Below are positions 1 to 10,118 of a DNA stretch of 64,000 nucleotides, piece by piece. Made by a program: the position numbers and the translations under genes. Source of the DNA: Candidatus Hydrogenedentota bacterium (GTDB lineage: Bacteria > Hydrogenedentota > Hydrogenedentia > Hydrogenedentales > SLHB01); contig CAXXTH010000018.1 of assembly GCA_963668025.2 (NCBI GenBank), positions 480,001 through 544,000 on the forward strand. Direction: 5' to 3'. The stretch's first letter is position 1; each line of letters opens with the position of its first letter. The notes beneath the pieces were generated by a model. The model was not told the DNA's origin and made no database searches. It saw only the letters and a list, made by a program, of their open reading frames with translations.

Positions 1-1215
1 GCCTTTTGGAAAGTGGGCGGCCAGAAGGCTGCCATCCTCCAGGAGTTGCATGAGCAGATGGGCTATCTGCATCAAGAGGTAGTAGATCTTGCTGGCCTGT
101 TCGTTTTGGGTATAGGCGTGTTCGAGGTTGTAGCCGCCGTTTTTCTGCACGTTGAATGCTTCATTTTCAATCTTCCAGCGTAAGCGTCCTCCTTCATTGG
201 CCAAGGCGGCCGCATTGTGCGCGGATACGGATACGTTGGTCACCCATTTGAACTTGGTTTTCTTTATCATGCCTTCCGCGTCCGGGCGGGTGTCCACGCA
301 TTCGAGCACGGACAGGATGTGTTCACGCCGCTCGGAATCGCGGTAGGGGATGTCGTTGACCCAGCGAAACTGCTGGTGGATTTCCTTCTTGTTGCCGCAA
401 CGCCACGTAAGCTGGTTTTCGGGCGTCGCGGCCGCGAGGCTCTCGAATTCTTCGTTCACGGTGGCCAATTGGCCGTCCGTGAGCGTAATCATGAACTTCC
501 AGCCATATTGCTGGCACAGCCGAAACACCGGTCCCGTGGCGTACAGGCCGTCCATCGCCAACAGCAGCGGCAAGCGGGGGAATCGGGCATGCAGGCGTGG
601 GGCCAGCCGGTAGAAGGCTTTGGTCTCGCAATCCTGCTTGCGTTGTTGCTCGCTTTTCGCCAGGTCTTTCTCTGGATTCTCAATGAACTCCGTCATGAGC
701 GAAAAGACCCACCCGTTTGGCGTGACGATCTTGGACTCCAGCACGGGATGGTAGTAGGTGATCTTGCCGCTCTTGTGCTTGCGCGTGAGGCAATGGGCGC
801 AGTGGCGATGATCATAACTGCGTGTCCCCGTGGCGTCGATGGCCGCCACGTAGTAGCGCCCGAACAGGCGGTGGGGGTACAACACCTTCTTGTCGATGAG
901 CGTCTGCGTCATGCCGGAAACGAGTTCCTGGACCGCCTCGAACGGCAAACCGCGAAATACCCCGTTCATCGTATCGCCATGCGGCACGCTGTCCACGTCA
1001 AACAAGACCTTGTACAGATGGACCATGAACGTCGTGTACAACTGCAGGCGGACTTGCCGGCGCGCCCCGAGCCGGCATGCGAACATCAGCACTCCCAAGA
1101 ACACCAGCGACGCGACACTGTAGTCCACGTCGCCGGCTTGCTCGGGTTTGCGGGGATCGGGCAAGCCCGCAAAGCGCTTGCGCACCGGGCCAAAGAAGTG
1201 GGTGAACGTCCTCAA
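1..1215 (-). CDS. DDE transposase (ISAs1/ISNCY-like, DDE_Tnp_1 clan); runs off the window start
   Basis: Not in the ORF track because there is no stop in the window. Manual translation gives LPDPR...YYVAAIDAT...KQDCETKAF...LLLAMDGLYA...RLRWKIENEAFNVQKNGGYNLEH. The TTG start overlaps the stop of the upstream ORF (TTGA). Confidence 0.85.
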   Translation of the reverse strand, partial: MRTFTHFFGPVRKRFAGLPDPRKPEQAGDVDYSVASLVFLGVLMFACRLGARRQVRLQLYTTFMVHLYKVLFDVDSVPHGDTMNGVFRGLPFEAVQELVSGMTQTLIDKKVLYPHRLFGRYYVAAIDATGTRSYDHRHCAHCLTRKHKSGKITYYHPVLESKIVTPNGWVFSLMTEFIENPEKDLAKSEQQRKQDCETKAFYRLAPRLHARFPRLPLLLAMDGLYATGPVFRLCQQYGWKFMITLTDGQLATVNEEFESLAAATPENQLTWRCGNKKEIHQQFRWVNDIPYRDSERREHILSVLECVDTRPDAEGMIKKTKFKWVTNVSVSAHNAAALANEGGRLRWKIENEAFNVQKNGGYNLEHAYTQNEQASKIYYLLMQIAHLLMQLLEDGSLLAAHFPKG

Positions 1216-1559
1216 GAAGGCCCGGATGATTTCCGGATGCTCTTCTTGCGGGTTTGCAGGAACTGCCGTTGGGCCGCGCCCATGGCCTCGACGAGCTTCT
1301 TGAGCTTTTTCCATTCCTCAATCCATTGCGCCACTTCGCGGCGCAATTCACGGGGCACGTGGAGGGTGCGGGTCTTCCCGCCCTCCTTCCACGTCAGCAG
1401 GGCCGTTTCATGGATCGGCCCTTCCTGGACGCACCGGCAGCGCGGGTTCCCGCAGCGGCTGCGGGTGATGGTGAGCGTGGCGGGAAGAAAGGGCCCCAGA
1501 CGCGCCAGGCGCGCCTGGACCTTGCGTCCCGCCGAGTTCGTGACAGGTTTCCCTTCCAT
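1212..1559 (-). CDS. DUF6788-like small basic IS accessory protein
   Basis: RSRCGNPRCRCVQEGPIH...LTWKEGGKTRTLHVP motif. Lies directly upstream of, and coupled to, the transposase. Start set at ATG 1559 from the promoter position. Confidence 0.75.
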   Translation of the reverse strand: MEGKPVTNSAGRKVQARLARLGPFLPATLTITRSRCGNPRCRCVQEGPIHETALLTWKEGGKTRTLHVPRELRREVAQWIEEWKKLKKLVEAMGAAQRQFLQTRKKSIRKSSGPS

Positions 1560-1595
1560 GTACGGAAGTATATATACTTCCGTACCAGAAGTCAA
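1560..1595 (-). promoter_or_regulatory. sigma70 promoter (TTGACT-17-TATACT), probably leaderless, overlapped by a 26-bp perfect palindrome
   Basis: Minus strand reads TTGACT tctggtacggaagtata TATACT tccgtac ATG. Palindrome GTACGGAAGTATATATACTTCCGTAC at 1560-1585. Confidence 0.75.
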
Positions 1596-1846
1596 CAAAA
1601 AAAAGCGCCGATGCGAAGAAAAAACTCCCCGCACCGGCGCATCCTCAACTCATTCAACTGCTTCTACGCGAAAAAAAAGCGGTTCTTCACCGCTGGTGCT
1701 CAGGAAAGTGGTGTTCATGGGTGCGCCGAGAAATAAATAGTATAATCAATGATTATGTGTATTATAAACACTTATTCTTTCACAATATAAATATAATACC
1801 ACAAAGCGGATCTATGCATTTTATCCGCCATTTTTTTCTTAAACTC

Positions 1847-3670
1847 TCACTTCATAGCTTCTCCCGCGTTATTGAGCAGCGCCTGTGTTTGTTCGGGGCG
1901 GTAATGCATACGGATGCGCCACAGCATTTCCTCGGGCGTTACGACGCGGCAAACCTCTTTATTGATGCGATCCACGCACCATTTCGTGGGCGTCACGGCG
2001 GCATGCGTGCCTTCCTCCATGAAGGCCGCGTTTTCCGCCTCCTCGTCATCACCCTCGATCTGTTTGAATCCAGACCAGGTGTGGACAACCGTCCATGCGA
2101 AAAGCGGATTGCTCGGGTCTTTCGCGTCCCGGTTGATGAGATGGGCGATCTTCGCGGGCGTGCCCGAACGTTCCGCCTTCACATTCGCCCAGATGGCGTA
2201 TTTGGTGGTGACAGCCGGTATGTCAATCCCTTCCGCGTTCTTCACCCAGAAAATTTTCCCATCGCCGCCTTCGTAGGGGTAATACTGGACCACGAACATG
2301 CCGGTGAGATGCTCGATCTCGAGGGCGTATATCTCGTATGACGCCAGCGCCGCAGGGCTGTTCACATCCATGACCAGGAATTCCAAGGTCGTGTCGCCGG
2401 AACGTTTCATGAACTCATTGAGCCGCCGCGCATGCCGCGTCAGCAATTCCTTGTGCATGCCCGGACCTCGGTTCTCACCCAGCACGTCAGGATAGTAATA
2501 ACCGCCCGCGTGCAGATTCAGCGTGGAATGCTCTGGCTGGGTCGCTGAGAGGTAGTTGAGCACATCCGGGCAAGTTTGATCGAGGCATGCATAGGGGAGG
2601 CTCCATCCGATGGGAAAGGCCCCATTATCAGGGCTTGCCCAGTATTCCTTGTTGAAGCAGAAGTCGCCCATCACCCATTGCACGTTGTCGCCATCGCTCA
2701 TGATGAAGGACGCCGCGCTGCCTTTATAACTCCAGTCAATTGATTTCGGTTCGCAGATTTTGAAAGGACGGGCAGGCGTGATGGATTCGGAGCCCGCGGA
2801 CAAAATAGCGAGATTCAGCGACCAATTGCTGGGCAGCAAGATATGGCCGTATCTGGACAACTGGGCCACGAATCCGCCTTCATCGCCGCCGTTCCATCCA
2901 AGGATCGAAGAGAGCGGTTCGAGCCACGCATAGATGGCGGGCGTCGGTTCGTCGGTGCCAAAAAAGACCATCATGCGTTGGGCAATGGCGATGGAGCGGT
3001 TGTGGGGGATTTTCGGGCCTTGCGCGAGGGCGTAACGGCGGTTCAACTTGTCCCGGTAATTCTCGTATGTAAAGGCGTCTGTTTTCCCGCGCACATCGGC
3101 CAGCATCTTGAGCCCCATCGCTTCGGCGCGCGCCTGCATGCCATCGGCGATGAGCACCCCCTTGAGCACCCCCGCCAGCGACGTGGCCACGTTGGAGGAT
3201 TCATCCATATCCTTCGTGATCTCGGTGGGATTGCCTTCCGAGTTGTCGTAGGTGTAGAGGATGTAACCGTCGTAGATGCCCTTGTCCTTGTAGCGCTCGA
3301 GCAACTCCCATGGCCCGAACGAGCCACGTTCTTCCAACGAGAGGCGCTTCACGATGTCGGCATACCAATGCTCGTAACTGGGATTCTTGAGTCCGACGTA
3401 AATCATCTCATCGAACCGGCCTTCATTCACGGCCATGGCGGTTAAACCCGCCAAAGATTGGGCCAGCATATGCTCCGGCCCGAGATCCGCCGCCGCCGTC
3501 TTCCCATTGGGGGCCGCTATTGGTTTGAACAGCTCGTAATGTGTGCTGGCCAGCCCTTTCGGGACGCGCTGCGTAGGCCAATACCGGTAATCCGCGCCAT
3601 CCGCCACACAGGCGCACAGGGTCAATACGCAACAGGCAGCCGTTGAAAATAGGGCAATGGTCTTATTCAT
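1847..3670 (-). CDS. Secreted GxGYxYP-domain putative glycoside hydrolase
   Basis: Signal peptide; QSLAGL N-domain motif; SFIMSDGDNVQW, FPIGWS and AGGYYYP motifs typical of PF14323. Confidence 0.8.
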   Translation of the reverse strand: MNKTIALFSTAACCVLTLCACVADGADYRYWPTQRVPKGLASTHYELFKPIAAPNGKTAAADLGPEHMLAQSLAGLTAMAVNEGRFDEMIYVGLKNPSYEHWYADIVKRLSLEERGSFGPWELLERYKDKGIYDGYILYTYDNSEGNPTEITKDMDESSNVATSLAGVLKGVLIADGMQARAEAMGLKMLADVRGKTDAFTYENYRDKLNRRYALAQGPKIPHNRSIAIAQRMMVFFGTDEPTPAIYAWLEPLSSILGWNGGDEGGFVAQLSRYGHILLPSNWSLNLAILSAGSESITPARPFKICEPKSIDWSYKGSAASFIMSDGDNVQWVMGDFCFNKEYWASPDNGAFPIGWSLPYACLDQTCPDVLNYLSATQPEHSTLNLHAGGYYYPDVLGENRGPGMHKELLTRHARRLNEFMKRSGDTTLEFLVMDVNSPAALASYEIYALEIEHLTGMFVVQYYPYEGGDGKIFWVKNAEGIDIPAVTTKYAIWANVKAERSGTPAKIAHLINRDAKDPSNPLFAWTVVHTWSGFKQIEGDDEEAENAAFMEEGTHAAVTPTKWCVDRINKEVCRVVTPEEMLWRIRMHYRPEQTQALLNNAGEAMK

Positions 3671-5372
3671 GTGCTTGCTCCTTTGCTGTTTTTAATGGAT
3701 GCGCCTGTTTCCAGAGTGCAACGAGTTGTCCCGGTGAAACCGCCACATACTCGCCGCCGAGGGCCTTTTGGATCGCTACGAGGTCAGATGGGTAATACCA
3801 CCAACTCAACGGATGAACCACCATGAACGCGGGACGTTCTTTAGGGGTATTACGCTGGATATCCTCGATAAGCCATTGATTGCACGCCTCGCTTCGGCCT
3901 GTTCCCGCCGGATCCCACCGCGTCAGCACATGGGACGCTACCGTGTCCCCCAATTGGTAGGTAGTGGCGAAACCTTCCGGCAGGTCGTCGCGCCCCATGC
4001 CCAATAACAAGCTTCTCAGTCCGGGCAGATGCTCCGTGTACCGGCGCGTGATCGGGTCCATCTTGTCCCGGGGGAAAGGACGCCAGGCGTCGGTATACAG
4101 CCCCAGATCGGGCAGGTCGAAACGCGCCATGTTGGCGCGGATGATATCGAGATGCCGCGCCCAGGCCGCTTCGGGGTCCGGCGTCTTTTGCATCATGTCC
4201 CGGTAGGGATGCACATAGCCCGCGCCGGAGATGGCCATGAAGAACAGGTCATTGTCCGTGGCATGGTCGAGAAACCATTCGCCCACGGACGGCTGGGTCT
4301 CGAAGAGCGCCGGAGCAATGGACCATGCAATGGGAATTTGGCCGCGCGCGGGGTCATCCCACACTGTTTTCTGGATGTATTGCCAATACGCGGGCGAGTC
4401 GCCGGATTCCATCACGGCATAGCTCACGAATATTTTACTGCTGTCCAATGCAGGCGGCGGCAGTTCATTTCGGCGCGCGCGGAAGCGCTCCATGGCTGCA
4501 TCCACATTTACTGGCACGCCGCTCAACAGGCTCATGTTCGCCTGCCAATTACACCCGAAAGTCAGCTTGCCATACTGGCCCGACAATCCCACGCCGCCAT
4601 ACTCTGTTAGGCCGGGATCAAATTCGCCGCCATCCCACCAGCCGATGATGGGCGTGTTGTCGGCTGTCGCTGCGAATACTTTTTCCGCGAACGCCTTTTC
4701 GGCTTCGGGAGCGCCGTGTGGGTCTTCTACGCTGCTCTTGCCGGTGGCGAAGAACGTGAAGACGCGCTGCGCCACGAGGTAGTCCCGGAGATGATGGTTG
4801 GCTTGGGTGGGATGGTACACGGCCAAAAGCTGGTGGTTCATGCGCGGCCACAATTCCGCGAATGCCCATTCATAGGCCTCGATGTTGGTTTTCCAGCGTC
4901 CGCGTAGATCAATGGCGGGGCCAGCAACCATGGTCGAGAAGCGCTCGATATCGCGCGGAGCCGCTACAAAGCCATCCTGATCGGCGGCCATCATGGTGGC
5001 GATGTTCATGGAAGCAGGCAGCTCCGGGTCGTATACGAGCAGGCATTTGGCCTTGCGGATGTATTTGGCGAAATACGCGTCCAGGTCCATGCGGTTGACG
5101 CCGGTGATATAGCCCTTGCGCTGAAGCTCTCCCAGCCAGAAGTTGTCGCTCTCGGACAAGATCAGGAAAACAACAGCTTCCGGTCCACGATTGCACAATC
5201 CTTCGAGGGTGATGGCTGCGAGCTTCGTATCGAGGTCCGCTTTTTGCAGGTCTACGGCGTCCAAGACTTTGGCGGGAGGCGGCGTTTGGGGAAATAGGCG
5301 GGCAGGCGTTTCGGCGGCGAGTGCCGCGCCACATGCCAAGCCACACGCGAGCATGCACATCCAGAAATGCAT
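3663..5372 (-). CDS. Secreted GxGYxYP-domain putative glycoside hydrolase (variant ESGDS motif)
   Basis: Signal peptide; TLEGLCNR, LRDYLVA, RGQIPIAWS and SGAGYVHP motifs. Confidence 0.8.
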   Translation of the reverse strand: MHFWMCMLACGLACGAALAAETPARLFPQTPPPAKVLDAVDLQKADLDTKLAAITLEGLCNRGPEAVVFLILSESDNFWLGELQRKGYITGVNRMDLDAYFAKYIRKAKCLLVYDPELPASMNIATMMAADQDGFVAAPRDIERFSTMVAGPAIDLRGRWKTNIEAYEWAFAELWPRMNHQLLAVYHPTQANHHLRDYLVAQRVFTFFATGKSSVEDPHGAPEAEKAFAEKVFAATADNTPIIGWWDGGEFDPGLTEYGGVGLSGQYGKLTFGCNWQANMSLLSGVPVNVDAAMERFRARRNELPPPALDSSKIFVSYAVMESGDSPAYWQYIQKTVWDDPARGQIPIAWSIAPALFETQPSVGEWFLDHATDNDLFFMAISGAGYVHPYRDMMQKTPDPEAAWARHLDIIRANMARFDLPDLGLYTDAWRPFPRDKMDPITRRYTEHLPGLRSLLLGMGRDDLPEGFATTYQLGDTVASHVLTRWDPAGTGRSEACNQWLIEDIQRNTPKERPAFMVVHPLSWWYYPSDLVAIQKALGGEYVAVSPGQLVALWKQAHPLKTAKEQAHE

Positions 5373-5377
5373 CGGCT

Positions 5378-6264
5378 TTACCCCTTGATGGCTCCGCCAG
5401 CCAACCCTTTGATGAAGGTTTTGACCGCACAGAGGAAGAACACGACCATGGGAACGGACGCCATGGCGTAGGTGGCCATGGTCTTGCCTGGCTCGAAACG
5501 GAGGTAGTATTCCGTGTCTAGAAACGCCAGCCCGAGGGGAATGGTGCGCAGCGCCTCGTCACGCACGGCCAATAGCGGCCAGACGTAATTGTTCCACGAC
5601 CCCAGCACGTTCACGATGGCCACGGTGCTGATGATGGGCTTCGACATGGGCAGCACGATATGCTGGAGCACTTGCCACTCGCGGGCCCCGTCGATGCGCG
5701 CCGAATCGAAGAAGTCACGGGGGATTTCATCAAAAAAGTTTTTCAGCAAGAAGATCGCCATGGCCAATGAGCCCGCCACTTGCGGCAGGATTAAACCGGA
5801 GTAATGGTTCAGCATGCCCAATTGCCGCACCGTGAGGAAAAGCGGCACGAGCATGAGGATGCCGGGGGGCCATCATGAGCGAGATGATGGCCATATACAG
5901 AAAACGCTGGCCATGGAAGCGATGGGACGCTGAAGGCGTAGGCGGCCAGCATGGACACCAGAAGCGTCAGCACGCATACGGACGCACTGACTGCTATGCT
6001 ATTAAACAGATACCGGGCGGTTACCTCGACGCCAAAAGAGAAATTTTCCCAGCGGATGGGGTTCGGCAATTCCCAGAACCGGGCGTATATCTGCGCGGGG
6101 TCTTTGGACGCCATCGAGAGCATGATGAAGAAAGGGAAAATGGTCGCTGCTGTGCCTGCCGCCAGTGCGGCATGAACAGATGCTTGCCGGAGCCAATCGG
6201 CTCGCAAGCGGCGCGTGTTGCGGCGTGCTGGGCCAGTTCGCGTGATGTGGGCTGCTTCCGCCAC
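5378..6264 (-). CDS. Carbohydrate ABC transporter permease (MalG-like), split by two +1 indels
   Basis: ORFs 5809-6264 and 5378-5854 join into one frame (...YAFSVHRFHGQRFLYMAIISLMMAPGILMLVP...) if one G is removed at 5924-5926 and one at 5864-5869. EAA loop DSARIDGA present. Confidence 0.85.
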
Positions 6265-6265
6265 G

Positions 6266-7126
6266 TCAATACCCCCGTTTCCGCATCAGGAATAAATTTA
6301 GCGCCGTCAATACCAGGCAGATACAGAATAAGATGAAGCCAATGGCCGAGGCATATCCCAAGCGGCCAAACTCGAAACAATTCTGGAAGAGATATAGCCC
6401 CGGAACCAGGGTGCTGTTCGCGGGCCCGCCCGCCGTGAGCACGAGAATGCTGTCATAAGATTGGACGAGGCCCAGGGTGGAAAGGATGGCCACGATGCGG
6501 AATTGGGGCAGCAAGGTGGGCATCTCGATGCGGCGGAGGACATCCATGGGAGTGGCCCCATCGAGCTGGGCGGCCTCGTACAGGCTCTTGGGAATCGTGA
6601 TGAATCCCGCCAGGAACAACAGCATGCTGATCCCGCCTATCCAGGGCGCGCCCATGAAGATAATCGCGCCGATCACGGTGGCAGTATTCCCGAGCCAGGA
6701 CGCTTGCAGCGCGCCGAGTCCAATGGCCGCCAGCAGCCGGTTCACGGCCCCGTCGGTTCCATAAAAATTGCGCCAGATCAACACATTGGTCATCATGGGT
6801 ATCACCACAGGGATGACCAGCACGGCCCGGTAGAAAAAAGCAGCCCGGCCATTGCGCACGGAATGGATCAGCTTGGCCCCGATGAACGGCCCGAACACTT
6901 GCAACGGAAGCCCAAGCGCGAACAACGCCAATACGCGGAAGGTGTGCCAGAACAGTGAGTCGTGGGCCAGCTCACGGAAATTCCGCAGCCCTATGAACGT
7001 GTTCACATTCAATCCATCGCTTTCATACAGCGCCAAGCGGAATGCGTTGCAGAAAGGCCAATAGGCGAACACCCCCAGCAGGATGAAAGCCGGGAGCAGA
7101 TAGAGATAAGCGATGCGCGTTTTCAT
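6266..7126 (-). CDS. Carbohydrate ABC transporter permease (MalF-like)
   Basis: YLYLLPAF, FIGLRNF, LYEAAQLDGA and LGYASAIG motifs. ATGA overlap with the SBP stop. Confidence 0.92.
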   Translation of the reverse strand: MKTRIAYLYLLPAFILLGVFAYWPFCNAFRLALYESDGLNVNTFIGLRNFRELAHDSLFWHTFRVLALFALGLPLQVFGPFIGAKLIHSVRNGRAAFFYRAVLVIPVVIPMMTNVLIWRNFYGTDGAVNRLLAAIGLGALQASWLGNTATVIGAIIFMGAPWIGGISMLLFLAGFITIPKSLYEAAQLDGATPMDVLRRIEMPTLLPQFRIVAILSTLGLVQSYDSILVLTAGGPANSTLVPGLYLFQNCFEFGRLGYASAIGFILFCICLVLTALNLFLMRKRGY

Positions 7127-8671
7127 GGCCGCCCCCATCCGCCGACATCGCCGAGTTGCTCACGGATAAAGTCCAGGTCGAGTTCCGCTTGATAAATCAC
7201 GGCTTGCCGTTCGATTGAGCGCCGGTGCAAGGCGCTCAATTGAATCAAGAAGCTATCCAGTGGAAGCGTTCCGCCCAAATAGCCCTGCCAGATGGGCCAG
7301 AATTCACTGAGCGATTGCGCATCGTAGCCGGTATAGCTTGATACCGGCAGGAACGCATATTCCACTTGCGGGAGCAGGGCCGCCGCCTGCGGTTTGGGCG
7401 GCACGGCCTCGACGGCGGGAATGTCGTACACCACGCAATTGCTGAAGATCTTCTGGGCCACATGAGGCAGTGTGAGGTATTGGCAAAGCAACACGCCTGC
7501 CTGCTCGCGCCATTTCTCCGTTTCTTGCGCCGACACCATCAAACAGGCCCGCATGCCCGCATTTTGATTGATGCCGCCCGCCCGGACGAGGGGCGTCGTC
7601 TCGGGCGTCAGCGTGGGGAAGGGGAACGTGCGGGCTTCGAATGCCTTTTCCGGCGCGACAACGCGCATCATGTCTTGCAGGCTGGCGAGTTCCCCGAGAT
7701 ACCACGTGCCGTTCATCATATGGACCGAACCGGCCGCCGCAAAAATTTTATAGATCTCTTCGCCGCTTAGGCTCAGAAAATCGGGGACGCCATCGCGTGG
7801 ACATGTCTTTCACGATGCGCGCCACTTCCTCGAATTCCGGGGCCTTGGCGGGATCGATAATGCCCTTCTCGAAGGCCACGATCCGTTCCGAGATATCGAT
7901 GCGTTCCTCGACCGTGCATTGGCGGTCTTGATAATCAAAATGCCAATTGGGCGTAGCCGTGCGCAGGTTGACTTCCGGAATATGCACACGCATCAGGCAT
8001 TCTTCAATGGCTGCGGCGATCCAGGTGGACTGGGTGTCGTCAGACCGGACTGCGGTGAGAAAAGCGGTCTGGCCGCTTTTCAGAACGGCGTCCATGTTAT
8101 CGAGCAATTCATTCCAAGTAGCTGGGGGAGTGAGGCCCAATTGGTCATACGCCGTGCCGTTATAAAAAAAGCCCACGCCATACTGGGTGTAAGGGATTAA
8201 GTAGAGATGCCCGTTCGTATCGAGCGATTGCTGAATGTGCGGTTTGCGGAATGCGGCGGACCATGGCAGCCCGTCCTGATCGAGCGGATTTGGTTCGCCA
8301 ATATCGGCGTCGAAGCAATGCATGAGTTTGGCCTGGCCATACCGCCAGGCAAGGCCTGGATTTTCGAGCAGAAACACTTCCGGCGGATTTTTAGCGAGAA
8401 AGCGGGCATGAATCCAGGTGAGGTACGAAAGATAAGGGATGCCTTGCACCTCGAGGGCGATGCCGGTGTCGCGTTCAAAGTCCGCGGTGATCGTCCTAAG
8501 GCCAGGCAAAAATTCCGAGAAGAAAGTCGTCAATACGATGGAAGGATGTTCTGGCGCTCCGTCCAGTTTAATCGGCGCATCCGCCCGCGCCTGCGCCGCG
8601 CCCCATGCAAGGAATACGCATATAAAGGCCTTCAATACTTTGACGCTGATATTACCGATTGTAGCCCGCAC
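7123..8671 (-). CDS. Sugar ABC transporter substrate-binding protein, split by one +1 indel
   Basis: ORFs 7748-8671 and 7123-7719 join at GGGG 7783-7786 (WRPDFLSLSGEEIYKIF...MMNGTW). SBP_bac_1-type motifs GHLYLIPY, FFYN and PPATWNELL. Confidence 0.82.
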
Positions 8672-8731
8672 GCATGAAGCTCCATTCCGAGTGGACGCAA
8701 CGCATAACCAAATCGCCGGTTATCTTTTCCT

Positions 8732-8801
8732 GTAGCATGGTCGTCCCGCCCATGAAGCAGGCGCTATACCCATTGTTTCATGGGCGGGACGCCCATGCTA
8801 C
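8732..8801. repeat. GTAG-type REP inverted doublet (REPIN-like)
   Basis: GTAGCATGGtCGTCCCGCCCATGAA...TTCATGGGCGGGACGCCCATGCTAC. Homologous copies at 32366 and 40539. Confidence 0.85.
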
Positions 8802-8981
8802 GATTAAGTGCAACGCTTCATTTGCTCCGTTCTATCTCCGTTTTTAGCGAGTTCAGGGAATATGCTACCATATGCCATGCTCTGTCTCGGAAACGAGGTG
8901 GAAGAAGTGGCTTGCAGGCCGTTTGATCTGCACAATGCATGCGGGCCTGCAAGCCGTATTGAGATGGGCCGTGGTAAAGAT

Positions 8982-10053
8982 CTAGCCCTGGCCGGCCATA
9001 TCACCCATGGCCCATCCCAAATCCTTCGCGCGAGCTTCTATTGCGGTATCATCTTTTGACCCCAGGGGGAATTTCGACATGTACCGAACGAATTCCACAT
9101 GCCCATCCATATAGAGCACGTTGCTGCCCCCGGGAACATGGTTATATAAAAGAACGCCATTTTCCTTATAATATTCCGTTAATGATCCAGCCGAACCATA
9201 AGCGTCAAACATCACCACCAATGTACTTTCCGCGGCGCTTCCAGAAGCGGGATTATTGATATCGGTGATATAGAACCGGGAAATGCCTTCCTTCATGCGG
9301 GGATAGGTCGTCGGAAGGGCTGTCACGCCATCATCGTCCATATAGCTGTTATATCCGCCGCTGTAGCGCGTATTACAAGGCGATGAAGGCATGTCTTTGA
9401 CGCCCACTTCATCTGGAATGTACATAATGCCAACAGTGCTGCCATCGGTACGCCAATCATCGCAGGCGCCATCCATATTGCCTGGGCCATAATCCGTGAA
9501 CGATACTTTGCTCACACCCCACGAACCGGTACGTAACCCATACCCCCCAGGCGAACAGGCACTCGCCCGCCCAGCGCAATTGGGCATGCGTGCGGAAGGC
9601 ATACGCCAGATAGGCGTATGAATTCGGCGCGGATAAAGCGGTGTACAGGCAGGGCTTAGCTATCGCGCCTTTGGCGAGGGCCTTCGCAATCGTAGTTTCT
9701 GCATCAGCAGGAGCCCAATATTGGCCGCGATCACCGGTCACGGTCTTGGGATCCGAGGGGCAATTCTTGATGGCGGTGTCATTCCAATAATCGGGATACA
9801 AGGCCTCCGCCGAGAAGTTCAGCGGGAAATACTGGGCGAACATGGCATACGGCGAGCCGGGGGGGTAATTCCCCTTGTTTTCGCCGCTATACATTTTACA
9901 GATGACGCCCCATTGCTTAAGATTGCTCGAACAGCTTGCCCGCCTCGCCGCTTCGCGCGCCCTCGCCAGCGCGGGAAGCAGGATGGCTGCTAGAATGGCG
10001 ATAATCGCAATGACCACTAGCAGCTCAATTAGCGTAAATCCTTTCTTGTTCAT
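8982..10053 (-). CDS. DUF1559 prepilin-type N-terminal cleavage/methylation protein with H-X9-DG C-terminus, split by one +1 indel
   Basis: [36 protein letters not shown] in ORF 9457-10053 and ITDINNPA...[16 protein letters not shown] in ORF 8982-9602. The frame change falls in a C-run near 9517-9548. Confidence 0.88.
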
Positions 10054-10118
10054 ATCAGCATGTCTCCAATTGGTTTATACACCCTATCGTAAACGCATAT
10101 ATGTAGTGCAAAACGTGT

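Noticed and set aside
217-1740. 507-aa plus-strand ORF
   Set aside because: Codon-aligned antisense shadow of the minus-strand transposase; no recognisable motifs.
8982-10053. Diversity-generating retroelement acting on DUF1559 or propeller paralogs
   Set aside because: No reverse transcriptase and no near-identical TR/VR pair with adenine-specific differences; divergence looks like ordinary paralogy.
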